This document shows positions 1-8,682 of a stretch of DNA of 24,000 nucleotides, in pieces; positions within the stretch are counted from its first letter, which is position 1, and each line of letters begins with the position of its first letter. Under the pieces are notes generated by a model that was given only the letters and a program-made list of their open reading frames with translations, ran no database searches and was not told the DNA's origin. The DNA is taken from positions 63,890-87,889 of the forward strand of contig NZ_JAGIKV010000015.1 in assembly GCF_017874615.1 (NCBI RefSeq). Direction: 5' to 3'. Made by a program: the position numbers and the translations under genes. The DNA comes from Paenibacillus xylanexedens (lineage in GTDB: Bacteria; Bacillota; Bacilli; Paenibacillales; Paenibacillaceae).

Positions 1-319
1 GGAAGCGAATCGGATTGAAGGTTTTGTTCAGATCAAAATATTCCCGCTTGAAGTCTTCCATGTCATCCGTCCAGTCGATGTCATCGCGCGACCAATCGCC
101 ATCTTCGTCGCTCAGCGCCCAAGATTCCACGAGGCCAAGCTGGGAATACGGCCCCCAGTGCATCATCAGCCCCAGCTTCTGATCCTTGAACCACTCCAAC
201 CGCTCATTCAGCAGCGGGTCCTCCGGTTTGATCCACTCGTCCTCTTTGCTAAAATTGTGCACGCCGGCTTCGACAATCTGCTCTTCCTGCTCCAGTACGG
301 TTTCTTTGGTTTCGCTCAT
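1..319 (-). CDS. Alpha-L-fucosidase (GH29), N-terminal part, truncated by window edge
   Basis: Reverse-strand reading from ATG at 319: MSETKETVLEQEEQ...PLLNERLEWFKDQKLGLMMHWGPYSQLGLVESWALSDEDGDWSRDD; the 'KLGLMMHWGPYS' segment is typical of the GH29 N-terminus. SD-like GAGGAGATG upstream. Confidence 0.8.
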   Translation of the reverse strand, partial: MSETKETVLEQEEQIVEAGVHNFSKEDEWIKPEDPLLNERLEWFKDQKLGLMMHWGPYSQLGLVESWALSDEDGDWSRDDIDWTDDMEDFKREYFDLNKTFNPIRF

Positions 320-398
320 TCTGTTTCATCTCCTCTGGATTAGATGTCATACGCTGAACACATAGGTTTACACTCGGCCACTGCGCGGTCAGAATAAT

Positions 399-503
399 CT
401 TCCGATCGCTGTTATCCCCAGATTTTTTTGATTATTTCCCTAGAGGGGAAATCCGGGGATAAAGGCGAGCGCTTCGCTTCTTCAGATTTCTTCTGCCCTC
501 TCC
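399..503. repeat. Dispersed structured intergenic element, copy 1
   Basis: CTTCCGATCGCTGTTATCCCCAGATTT...CCCTAGAGGGGAAATCCGGGGATAAAGGCGAGCGCTTCGCTTC; TTATCCCCaGATTT pairs with AAATCCGGGGATAA; homologous to 2503-2600. Confidence 0.75.
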
Positions 504-564
504 GTTATCGTGTAAATGTTTAATTCAACTAAGAAGGACATCGCAAATCCTGTCATTTTTAGTG

Positions 565-731
565 TGACTATTAAGGGGCTTAGTAACTCTGTTATTTCGA
601 TTGCAGTGCCATCTTCAATTACCATGGAACCCCATATTCCCCTCGTTTCTATAGTGAAATCCAGGAGCAGAGAGTGTGTACTGCGTTGTTTTGGATTGGT
701 TTTGCGTTCTCCGTTTTGGCGTAAACGCTTA
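565..731. repeat. Diverged tandem duplication of a non-coding unit, copy A
   Basis: GTTATTTCGA, CCCCATATTC, TCGTTTCTATAG.GAAAT and TCTCCGTTTTGG.GTAAACG shared in the same order with 734-900, offset about 169 nt. Confidence 0.75.
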
Positions 732-733
732 GT

Positions 734-900
734 TTAACTGTGAGGGGCACAGTAATTCTGTTATTTCGAGTGCGGTGCCCTCTCCCAGTCACTATGGAGC
801 CCCATATTCAATCGTTTCTATAGGGAAATTCCAAGGGTAGTGAGAGTGCGATTCGTTACTTTAGATTGGTTCTGCACTCTCCGTTTTGGAGTAAACGGTA
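734..900. repeat. Diverged tandem duplication of a non-coding unit, copy B
   Basis: See 565-731. Confidence 0.75.
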
Positions 901-1020
901 AGTCTTCTATAGGGTGTGTCTTCAACTTCAGTTCAGGGAAGATATACGATGATGGATGTCGGCGTTTAAAGCGTCTTAAAATACAGGCCAGTTTATCCTG
1001 GTGAATAGGTAAAGTTTTTT

Positions 1021-1203
1021 CTAAGGAACACAGGGCGTCTTATTTAGCCTTTTGGTCCTCTTTTTAAATTGTAAGGAACATCAGACACGTTATTTTCCGA
1101 AATTAGCTGGTTAAAACGCTGTAAACTGCTGTTTATTCTCATATAGCGTGTGTCAGGTTCCTTAGATTTCTACTGGAGCTTCAGCTCCTTAAATAAGACG
1201 CCT
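1021..1203. repeat. Compound inverted-repeat element
   Basis: AGGGCGTCTTATTTAG (about 1032) against CTTAAATAAGACGCCT (1188-1203); CTAAGGAAC (1021) and GTAAGGAACATCAGACACG (1071) against CGTGTGTCAGGTTCCTTAG (1147-1165). Confidence 0.6.
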
Positions 1204-1376
1204 CAGATTCGTTAGCGCTTGCTCCCTACTCTGCTCCATCGGAGAGCGGGAAGGACGAATCCATACCCGCCCGGAGCGGACCTTTTCATTGAAAAGGAGC
1301 GAAGTGCTCATAACTTTTAATGCTACGGGAGTAGTAAAGTATAAAAGTAGAGCATCCCCTTAATGCAATGCCCCTT

Positions 1377-2435
1377 TTACAGTGTGATTTCGCGGCCTTG
1401 TCGGGCTGATTCGTAGATGGCGCAGAGCATCTTCATTACCTCGACGCCGTCTTCGACGGGGCTGAGAGTTTCTTTGCGTCCCTGCGTGCTGTCGATAAAA
1501 TGGTTGATTTCATTGCGGAACGAGCCCATAAAATCGAATGATTTGAAATCCACCTGTGGAGTCATGTTCAAAATGGTGTTGAATTTCTCGCCAATGATCG
1601 AAAATTCCGGCTCCAGCTCTGCGCCGCCTTTATCGCCATATAGCTTGACCGAAGTCTCATCCGCTTTAGCATGGAGCGTGAAGCTGACATCGACGAGCAG
1701 GCTTGCGCCATTCTCGAAACGAATCAAGGCATTCGCCATATCCTCAACGGTATTCTGCTCCGCGTCATAATCGGCTGCTTTGTAGAACGATAGATTGTTA
1801 ATGTTCGAGCGGTTCCCTAATCGGTTGGACACGTTAGCGGAGACGGATTTCACCTTCGGTCTGCCCATCAGATACCAGCAAATGTCGATTACATGCACCC
1901 CGATATCGATCAGCGGGCCACCTCCGGAACGGTTAATATCCGAGAACCAGCCGCCCGGATTGCCCAGACGACGCAGACTGGAGGCTTTGGCATAATAGAT
2001 CTCGCCTAGTTCACCTTCGTCGATAAACTTCTTCAGAATCTGTGCATTGTCGCTATAGCGGCGAACAAAACCAACTTGCAGCAGCTTTCCGCTGCGATGA
2101 ACGGCCTTCTCTACTTCGAGCGCATCCTCCACCGTTTGGCAGAGTGGTTTCTCACACAGCACGTTTTTGCCCGCGTCCAGAGCAGCAATACTAATCTCCG
2201 CATGGGAGTCGTTCCATGTACAGATGCTGACGGAATGGATCTCGGGCAGTGCGAGTAATTCCTTATAATCGGTAAACACATGAGGTGCATTATATTGCTT
2301 CGCGACTTCTGCGGCACGTTCTGCATTCAGGTCGCAGATAGCGTATATTTCAACGTCCGGGTTACTCGCGTAGGCTTGCAAATGGCAATCGGATATTGAT
2401 CCGGCACCGATAACGGCGACTTTCAATTTGGACAT
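1377..2435 (-). CDS. Gfo/Idh/MocA family oxidoreductase
   Basis: 352-aa ORF; N-terminal Rossmann motif VAVIGAGSISDCHLQAY, EKPLCQTVEDALE, GGGPLIDIGVHVIDICWYLMG. Confidence 0.93.
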   Translation of the reverse strand: MSKLKVAVIGAGSISDCHLQAYASNPDVEIYAICDLNAERAAEVAKQYNAPHVFTDYKELLALPEIHSVSICTWNDSHAEISIAALDAGKNVLCEKPLCQTVEDALEVEKAVHRSGKLLQVGFVRRYSDNAQILKKFIDEGELGEIYYAKASSLRRLGNPGGWFSDINRSGGGPLIDIGVHVIDICWYLMGRPKVKSVSANVSNRLGNRSNINNLSFYKAADYDAEQNTVEDMANALIRFENGASLLVDVSFTLHAKADETSVKLYGDKGGAELEPEFSIIGEKFNTILNMTPQVDFKSFDFMGSFRNEINHFIDSTQGRKETLSPVEDGVEVMKMLCAIYESARQGREITL

Positions 2436-2502
2436 AGTGCTGATTCCTCCATAAATAAAATAATTAACGTCCAGCAGGTAGACGTTCCGGTTGCGAATCG
2501 TT

Positions 2503-2600
2503 CTTCCGATCGCTCTTATCCCTAGATTTCTTCAATCCCCTTTTTGTAAAGGGGAAATCCGGTGATAAAGGCGAACTCTTCGTTTCTTCAGAATCGATTT
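2503..2600. repeat. Dispersed structured intergenic element, copy 2
   Basis: CTTCCGATCGCTCTTATCCCTAGATTTCTTCAATCCCCTTTTTGTAAAGGGGAAATCCGGTGATAAAGGCGAACTCTTCG; inner CCCCTTT/AAAGGGG hairpin. Confidence 0.75.
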
Positions 2601-2690
2601 CGCCCCCTCCACTACTTTTTCTGACTGAACTAACTTTCTGTTTGAGCCATACGTAACAAGTCATATTTCATTTAAAACAAGCACTCAGCC

Positions 2691-3557
2691 CTATGCCTCT
2701 TCCCATAGGCGGCGGACGTTATCCATGGCAATGCGTGAGGAGGTTTTGCAATCCTCCATGCCTTCAAATTCAACCGAGATATATCCGTCATACCCGGATT
2801 GTTTCAACACACGGAACACCTCAGGCATGTCGATATCGCCATGGCCCACAATGGCACCGCGCAGGTAATTGCCGTGCGAGGTTTGGAACCAGCCTTCACT
2901 GGGATTTCGGTAGGAAGGTCTCCAGTAGAAGTCTTTGGCGTGCACGATCGACGCGTACGGAATGTTATTTTTTACGGCACTCACCGGATCTTCATCCACA
3001 CAGAGGAAATTGCCGACATCCAGTGTGGTTTTGAAGTTACTCCGCGCTGTTTCGTGTAACAAACGCTGAATTCGCTCGCTCGACTGCACATAGTACCCAT
3101 GGTTCTCGACGCTTGTTGTAATTCCAAAACCCGCTGCATAATCGGCTATGCGCTGACAAGCCTCCACCAGTACCGGCAGGTCAATCTCGAACTGTGTTAC
3201 GGTTCCCTCTGGTGCTGGGCGGAAAGCCACGTCATGACGCATCAGCTTCACGCCGAGCGCAGCAGCCACATCCACATGTCGCATCACATTCTGGATCTCA
3301 TGCTCCAACGCTTCGGCGTCCTCCTGCACAGCAAAGTTAGCGCCGATGGCATAATTGGAAATATCGATTCCGACCTCTTTTGCCACAGCTTTAATCTCAT
3401 CAATCAACTCCGGATTATCGATCAGACTGAATCCCATCGGTACAATCTCCACATGTTCCCCGCCCTGATCGGCGATCCAGCGAATGGCATCTGGTACGGT
3501 CAATTCTTTGCTATCCAATGCTTGTTGCAGACTGTAGGTGCTGAGTCCAACTTTCAT
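2691..3557 (-). CDS. Sugar phosphate isomerase/epimerase (AP endonuclease family 2 / xylose isomerase-like TIM barrel)
   Basis: 288-aa ORF; KVGLSTYSLQQAL, TTSVENHGYY, TTLDVGNFLCVDEDPVSAVKNNIPYASIVHAKDF, GHGDIDMPEVFRVLKQSGYDGYISVEFEG. Confidence 0.92.
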   Translation of the reverse strand: MKVGLSTYSLQQALDSKELTVPDAIRWIADQGGEHVEIVPMGFSLIDNPELIDEIKAVAKEVGIDISNYAIGANFAVQEDAEALEHEIQNVMRHVDVAAALGVKLMRHDVAFRPAPEGTVTQFEIDLPVLVEACQRIADYAAGFGITTSVENHGYYVQSSERIQRLLHETARSNFKTTLDVGNFLCVDEDPVSAVKNNIPYASIVHAKDFYWRPSYRNPSEGWFQTSHGNYLRGAIVGHGDIDMPEVFRVLKQSGYDGYISVEFEGMEDCKTSSRIAMDNVRRLWEEA

Positions 3558-3575
3558 TTCCCCTCATCCTCTCTT

Positions 3576-3741
3576 TTAGGACGTGTCTCAAAACTCACTG
3601 AAGTGCATCTTTTACCACCTTTTCGCCCCCTGCTGCGTCACTTTCCCTTGACGTGCCCCGGCACGCCTGCGGAAAATTTCCTTGCTTGGAACGAAAATTC
3701 GGCAAAATCTGCGTCCTTCGGAGTTTTCAGACACGCCCTAG
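3576..3741. mobile_element. MITE-like element with about 21-bp terminal inverted repeats
   Basis: Left TTAGGACGTGTCTCAAAACTC (3576-3596) against right GAGTTTTCAGACACGCCCTAG (3721-3741), about 18/21 complementary; no coding capacity; internal GTGCCCCGGCAC palindrome. Confidence 0.6.
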
Positions 3742-3823
3742 TCAATGTCCATACCCAACGTATACCTTTTTCCGGCGGACACGACAATTCTCAATAATCG
3801 TTTGACTCACCTATTTTCCTTTT

Positions 3824-5593
3824 CTAGCCCAAATCCGGTGTATCCACGAACGTTACCGCCAGATCATCCGTCTGATGAAGCTGGAATACGATGATTTCAT
3901 TCTCACCTTCATGAAGGAGCGGAGCAGGTACATACAGTGTTTTTTGCGGTCCTTTATTCCAGTAGCGACCCAGATTGAATCCGTTTACAAAAACAACCCC
4001 CTTGGTCCAGTTATCCAGTCGCAGAAAAGTATCTCTTACATCCGTGATATTAAACTCTCCTCGATAAAATGCTGGTCCCTGTACTTCATTAATTGCTTCG
4101 CTAATCACATTACTAAATTGCAAACCCGACAGATCAGTTAATGGCAGACAATGAATCGTCCAATCATATAAAAATTGAAAGCCATGTCGCACACCCTCGG
4201 TGATGCCCTTCGGATCTCTCAGGTACGGACCATAGTTGATTCGCCCCATATTTTCAACAAGGATCAATAGATCTGCGCCCTCAGGCGGCACTGCAAAGGA
4301 AACCGATAATGCCGTATTCCCCCGTTCCAGCACGCCCTGAAATTGCCCATCAACAAACACAAGCGCACGGTCACGAACCTCCTGAACCACCAGTTCCTGT
4401 CGCTCCCTGGGTCCGGATATTCGGGTCTGATAACAAATAAATCCATAATCCTGACCCAGCTTCTCCATCGTTTCCGGATTCGTACGCTGCACCGGGGCTG
4501 ATATCCGGTCCAACTGCGCCAGTAATGGCGCCTGCTGGTTCAACTCCACTCGCCCATAGCCCATAGTCCCCTTCGATTCTGGCAGCACAAGCTCACCCAG
4601 ATTTACCTCGCTATACCGAGCAATAAGATCACGTACGGTATGGAATTTCGCTGTCGGCTCCCCAGATTCACTGAGCAGTGAATCGTAGTCGTAACTTGTA
4701 ATTGTGGGTTCGTATTGATCCTTCTGTTGACAGTTCGCCCCGTTGTAAAATGCAAAGTTTGTTCCACCGTGGAACATATAAAAGTTAACCGAAGCTCCTG
4801 CTCGAAGCATCTCTTCAAACACACCAGCCACATCTGCGGCTTCCCGGGTATGATGCGACTCACCCCAGTGGTCGAACCAGCCGTTCCAATACTCCATGCA
4901 CATCAAAGGTTCATCCGCCTGATATTCACGCAGCTTGGCGAACGCTCCCTCCGTACCTGATCCAAAATTGACCGTAGCCAGATGCCCCGGCACCGATCCC
5001 GCTTGCAGCATGTGGTCTGTCGGTCCGTCCGAGGTAAATAACAACACATCCATACCGCGTTCTACCATGCCATCACGTAAATATTGCAGGTAACTCGCGT
5101 CGTTCCCGAAGCTGCCGTACTCATTTTCAATTTGTATTGCAATGATCGGTCCGCCATGGGTACTAAGAAGGGGTTTTAATTTGGGCAAAAGCACATCATA
5201 ATAACGATCCACATTCGCCAGAAATTTTGCATCATTACACCGCAGACGAATTTCATCATCGGCAAGCAGCCAGGCAGGTAATCCGCCAAACTCCCACTCG
5301 GCACATATATAAGGACTTGGGCGAACAATCACATGCAGACCCACATCTCCCGCAATGCGAATAAAACGTTCCAGATCAGCCATGCCTTCAAAACAATACT
5401 GCCCCGGCTGCGGCTCATGAACATTCCATGGCACATACGTCTCCACCGTATTGAAACCGCAGGCTTTCAGCTTAAGTAACCGATCCTCCCAATAGTCGGG
5501 GACCACTCTGAAATAATGGATGGCACCCGACAAAATCCGAATGGGCTCACCATCATACATAAATTGTGAACCTTTATACGTCAGCACCGCCAT
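3824..5593 (-). CDS. Beta-galactosidase, GH35
   Basis: 589-aa ORF; FMYDGEPIRILSGAIHYFRVVPDYWEDRLLKLKACGFNTVETYVPWNVHEP, PIIAIQIENEYGSFG, CMEYWNGWFDHWGE, FYMFHGGTNFAFYNGAN. Confidence 0.97.
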   Translation of the reverse strand: MAVLTYKGSQFMYDGEPIRILSGAIHYFRVVPDYWEDRLLKLKACGFNTVETYVPWNVHEPQPGQYCFEGMADLERFIRIAGDVGLHVIVRPSPYICAEWEFGGLPAWLLADDEIRLRCNDAKFLANVDRYYDVLLPKLKPLLSTHGGPIIAIQIENEYGSFGNDASYLQYLRDGMVERGMDVLLFTSDGPTDHMLQAGSVPGHLATVNFGSGTEGAFAKLREYQADEPLMCMEYWNGWFDHWGESHHTREAADVAGVFEEMLRAGASVNFYMFHGGTNFAFYNGANCQQKDQYEPTITSYDYDSLLSESGEPTAKFHTVRDLIARYSEVNLGELVLPESKGTMGYGRVELNQQAPLLAQLDRISAPVQRTNPETMEKLGQDYGFICYQTRISGPRERQELVVQEVRDRALVFVDGQFQGVLERGNTALSVSFAVPPEGADLLILVENMGRINYGPYLRDPKGITEGVRHGFQFLYDWTIHCLPLTDLSGLQFSNVISEAINEVQGPAFYRGEFNITDVRDTFLRLDNWTKGVVFVNGFNLGRYWNKGPQKTLYVPAPLLHEGENEIIVFQLHQTDDLAVTFVDTPDLG

Positions 5594-5594
5594 T

Positions 5595-7055
5595 TTACAA
5601 CCCTCCCCGCTCGCTCAGATATATGCCTAACCCGGACAACGTAGGGTACCATCTGGATTCATGAATGCTTAATCGCATCTTTCTCGATGTGACCTGTGGG
5701 AAACAGCAAATTCGCTTATACCCCACCACCGTCCCCGTGTAAAACGTTTCCCAACCACCATCTGCCCTCTGCGACTCCAGTGTAAAACGCTCAATCCGTT
5801 GGCCTGTCTGGATATATTCCATCAGCACCACCCGGTCAAATGATCTTTCTTCCTGCAAATCCAGCTCAATCCAAGCCTGCTCTGTTCCTTCGTGAGGACA
5901 CCAATACGTATCCCGGCGTTCCGTCAGCACTTCCGATACGGCATGTTGTTCATCCATCGTCTCCGATGCTTTTACCAGCGCCTGCGAGGCGAAATTTTCC
6001 TGAAAAATGGTACGCAGCGAATCTCCCAATTCCTTTAGTCGCTCGACATCCCGTTCGTGAATGAGACCACGCGTATCCGGTGGCAGATTGAGTAAAAAGG
6101 TGGCGTTGCCCCCCACTGCGCCATGATAGACGGCGAGCAGTTCTTCCAGTGTTTTGACCTCATCATCTTCACTGGCATGATAGAACCATCCTGGGCGAAT
6201 CGAGGTATTCACCTCGGCAGGGTACCAGATCAGTGGCTCACCTTGGGAACGAATGACCTCTCGGCTTCCCAAATCACTGTCCTGCGTATTGATCCTTGTG
6301 GCAAACTCACCATCATCCACCTGTTGCGATTGCTCCTGAATCTTCTCATTATCCTGCATATGCGCTGGCACAACGCTCCATTCCGATTCCCGCGTATGCC
6401 CCGCCTCATTGCCGCACCAGCGAACATCCGGGCCACATACCGAGATAACAGCTTCGGGCTGGAGCTCACGAATAAGCGCATAATATGCGTCCCAGTCATA
6501 GACCTGCCTTTTGCCATTCGGACCCTCACCACATGCACCATCGAACCATACACAGAAGATGTCGCCATAATTCGTAAGCAGCTCGCGCAACTGATGGAGG
6601 AAAAACTTGTTATACCTCTCGGAATCTCCATAAGTGGCTTCATGCCGATCCCAAGGAGACAGGTACACGCCAAACTTCAATCCACCCTCACGGCAGGCAT
6701 CGGCGACTTCCTGAACCAAATCCCCCGTACCATTCCTCCACGGACTAGCCGCGACCGTATGCGCTGTAAACTGACTGGGCCACAAACAAAATCCATCATG
6801 ATGCTTACATGTCAGAATCAGCCCCTTCATCCCCGCAGCCTTGCACGCCTGCACCCATTGCGTTGCGTTCAGTTCAGAAGGATTGAAAATCGCCGGGTCT
6901 TCCTCCCCAGTGCCCCATTCCTGATCCGTAAATGTATTTACCGTAAAATGAATAAACGCGTAGAACTCCATCTCCTGCCATCTCAGCTGGCGTTCGGATG
7001 GGCTGACCTGTGCTGCGGACTTAATCCATTCGGCTGGTTGCAGTTCATCATTCAT
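5595..7055 (-). CDS. Alpha-L-fucosidase, GH29, with C-terminal F5/8-type-C-like carbohydrate-binding region
   Basis: 486-aa ORF; YAFIHFTVNTFTDQEWG, KGLILTCKHHDGFCLWPSQFT, VFCVWFDGACGEGPNGKRQVYDWDAYY; C-terminal EGTEQAWIELDLQEERSFDRVVLMEYIQTGQRIERFTLE. Confidence 0.92.
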   Translation of the reverse strand: MNDELQPAEWIKSAAQVSPSERQLRWQEMEFYAFIHFTVNTFTDQEWGTGEEDPAIFNPSELNATQWVQACKAAGMKGLILTCKHHDGFCLWPSQFTAHTVAASPWRNGTGDLVQEVADACREGGLKFGVYLSPWDRHEATYGDSERYNKFFLHQLRELLTNYGDIFCVWFDGACGEGPNGKRQVYDWDAYYALIRELQPEAVISVCGPDVRWCGNEAGHTRESEWSVVPAHMQDNEKIQEQSQQVDDGEFATRINTQDSDLGSREVIRSQGEPLIWYPAEVNTSIRPGWFYHASEDDEVKTLEELLAVYHGAVGGNATFLLNLPPDTRGLIHERDVERLKELGDSLRTIFQENFASQALVKASETMDEQHAVSEVLTERRDTYWCPHEGTEQAWIELDLQEERSFDRVVLMEYIQTGQRIERFTLESQRADGGWETFYTGTVVGYKRICCFPQVTSRKMRLSIHESRWYPTLSGLGIYLSERGGL

Positions 7056-7085
7056 GGCGTATCACTCCTTTTATTTAGCGCATCC

Positions 7086-7850
7086 CTATATCATTGGACC
7101 ACCCTTGCTTGGACCACTACTCAGTGCACTACTGTCCATGAATGGCTGTGATGCAAGCAATAACTGCTGCTTGGCTTCTTCAACCAAATGTGGATCAATG
7201 GGATAATTAAAGCTGCCTTTGTACCTCACGCCTGATCCCATATGGATTTCCGTGATACCCGTCTGACTCACTAGCGTTTGAATTCCCTCTATTGTGACCC
7301 CCGACCCTGCCATGACAGCGATGTTCAAGGTTTGCCCCAGTTCATGAAGCTGTTTCAGTTCCAATATGGCTTCAGGCGCTGTCTGTTTCCCTCCTGATGT
7401 AAGCACACGCTCCACGTTGCCCAATGTGTTAATGGCCTTGAGCGCCTCAGTCAGACTAATGCTCACATCAATTGCACGATGAAACGTAACGCCCAAACCC
7501 TGAGCTTCGGCCATACATGATTGCAAGGATAGGAGGTCCACTTCACCATCTCCCGTGAGGGCGCCGATCACGATGCCATCGACTCCAAGTTCCCTCGCCA
7601 CGCTTATATCCCGAGTCATCGCGCGGATATCATCTGTGCTATAGCGGAACGAGCGGCTATGGGGACGAATCATGACATACACCGGGATGGATACTTGGGA
7701 CACCACATGCTCCATGACGCCATAACTGGGAGTAAGCCCCCCTTCGGACATCGCAGACACCAGTTCAATCCGATCTGCCCCTCCCTCTTCAGCTGCTAGG
7801 GCATCTGCCGCATCCACAGCAATGACTTCCAATACAGGCTGTCTCTTCAT
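7086..7850 (-). CDS. cutC: Copper homeostasis protein CutC family
   Basis: 254-aa ORF; LEVIAVDAADALAAEEGGADRIELVSAMSEGGLTPSYG, VYVMIRPHSRSF, VTFHRAIDVS, RVLTSGGKQTAPE. Confidence 0.93.
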   Translation of the reverse strand: MKRQPVLEVIAVDAADALAAEEGGADRIELVSAMSEGGLTPSYGVMEHVVSQVSIPVYVMIRPHSRSFRYSTDDIRAMTRDISVARELGVDGIVIGALTGDGEVDLLSLQSCMAEAQGLGVTFHRAIDVSISLTEALKAINTLGNVERVLTSGGKQTAPEAILELKQLHELGQTLNIAVMAGSGVTIEGIQTLVSQTGITEIHMGSGVRYKGSFNYPIDPHLVEEAKQQLLLASQPFMDSSALSSGPSKGGPMI

Positions 7851-7892
7851 AAGGTTGCTCCCTTCACTTCATCGTAGATTATTCCTGAACCG

Positions 7893-8084
7893 TTAACCCG
7901 TATCGATACACATCTCTCGAACTGCACACGGCCTAATCCATGACATAAAGGACCGACTGAACGCTTCATCAGCGCTCCTGCGGTCCTTCTTCATCATTAT
8001 TTGACGATGGTCAGCTTCCAGATTGCAATCTGCAAAGGCTGGCCGTCCTGAAACGATATATGATTTGTCGGCAATGATCTTCAT
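7893..8084 (-). CDS. Small ORF (63 aa), unknown; possibly a small protein or gene remnant
   Basis: MKIIADKSYIVSGRPAFADCNLEADHRQ...; strong SD (AAAGGAGAATCCAATCATG) on the minus strand. Confidence 0.35.
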   Translation of the reverse strand: MKIIADKSYIVSGRPAFADCNLEADHRQIMMKKDRRSADEAFSRSFMSWIRPCAVREMCIDTG

Positions 8085-8238
8085 GATTGGATTCTCCTTT
8101 GGGGACCGGAATGGGCTAGCAAATAGAGAGCGCAACGGACATCATATACTTTGTTTGATGAGTTTTGTTATTTTTGTTATTTATAGTGTTATTATTTATT
8201 AGCAATAGTCTAAAACGTTAGGATCAGAACGTCAATAC

Positions 8239-8263
8239 AAAAAAAGACACCCGGAGGGTGTCT
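8239..8263 (-). terminator. Intrinsic terminator of the 8302-8517 gene
   Basis: Minus strand: AAGACACCCTCCGGGTGTCTTTTTTT. Confidence 0.85.
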
Positions 8264-8301
8264 TCATGTCTTGGATAACCTTCTGGTTATCCGAGCTTTT
8301 T

Positions 8302-8517
8302 CTATTTTCTACGCCGAGCCTTCGTCATTCGATTAAACATAATCAGTGCAGCAATAATCATGGCTATCATGGCAATATTACTCGCCACTTCTTGTGATAA
8401 TCCGAAAAGAACTCCCAGGTTAGTCACCAGGCCTCTTACAATCAGCGCCACCACAACCAGCAGGATTGGACTCAAAAAATTATAATTTCTCATTCCTCGC
8501 AACACCCCTGACCCCAT
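8302..8517 (-). CDS. Small membrane protein, unknown
   Basis: 71 aa, two hydrophobic segments (FLSPILLVVVALIVRGLVTNLGVLF; VASNIAMIAMIIAALIMFNRM), basic C-terminus; followed by a terminator. Start codon uncertain (an internal Met at MRNYNF is possible). Confidence 0.6.
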   Translation of the reverse strand: MGSGVLRGMRNYNFLSPILLVVVALIVRGLVTNLGVLFGLSQEVASNIAMIAMIIAALIMFNRMTKARRRK

Positions 8518-8573
8518 TGTTCAGAACTACGAATCTCATAACACTATCATAACAGTAGCTATTCCGTGTTACA

Positions 8574-8604
8574 ACAAAGGACACCCGCGTACAGTGTCCT
8601 TTGT
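8574..8604. terminator. Stem-loop downstream of GH3 gene, likely terminator
   Basis: ACAAAGGACAC...GTGTCCTTTGT 11-bp perfect stem. Confidence 0.65.
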
Positions 8605-8682
8605 CATATACCAACGTATTCTGCTTTGGATGACAGAACAACCTTTCGATTGCTCTTATCACCTGATATTTCCGATTATCTT

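Noticed and set aside
516-737. 73-aa ORF in the intergenic region
   Set aside because: Overlaps the diverged non-coding duplication; no conserved frame in the second copy and no SD.
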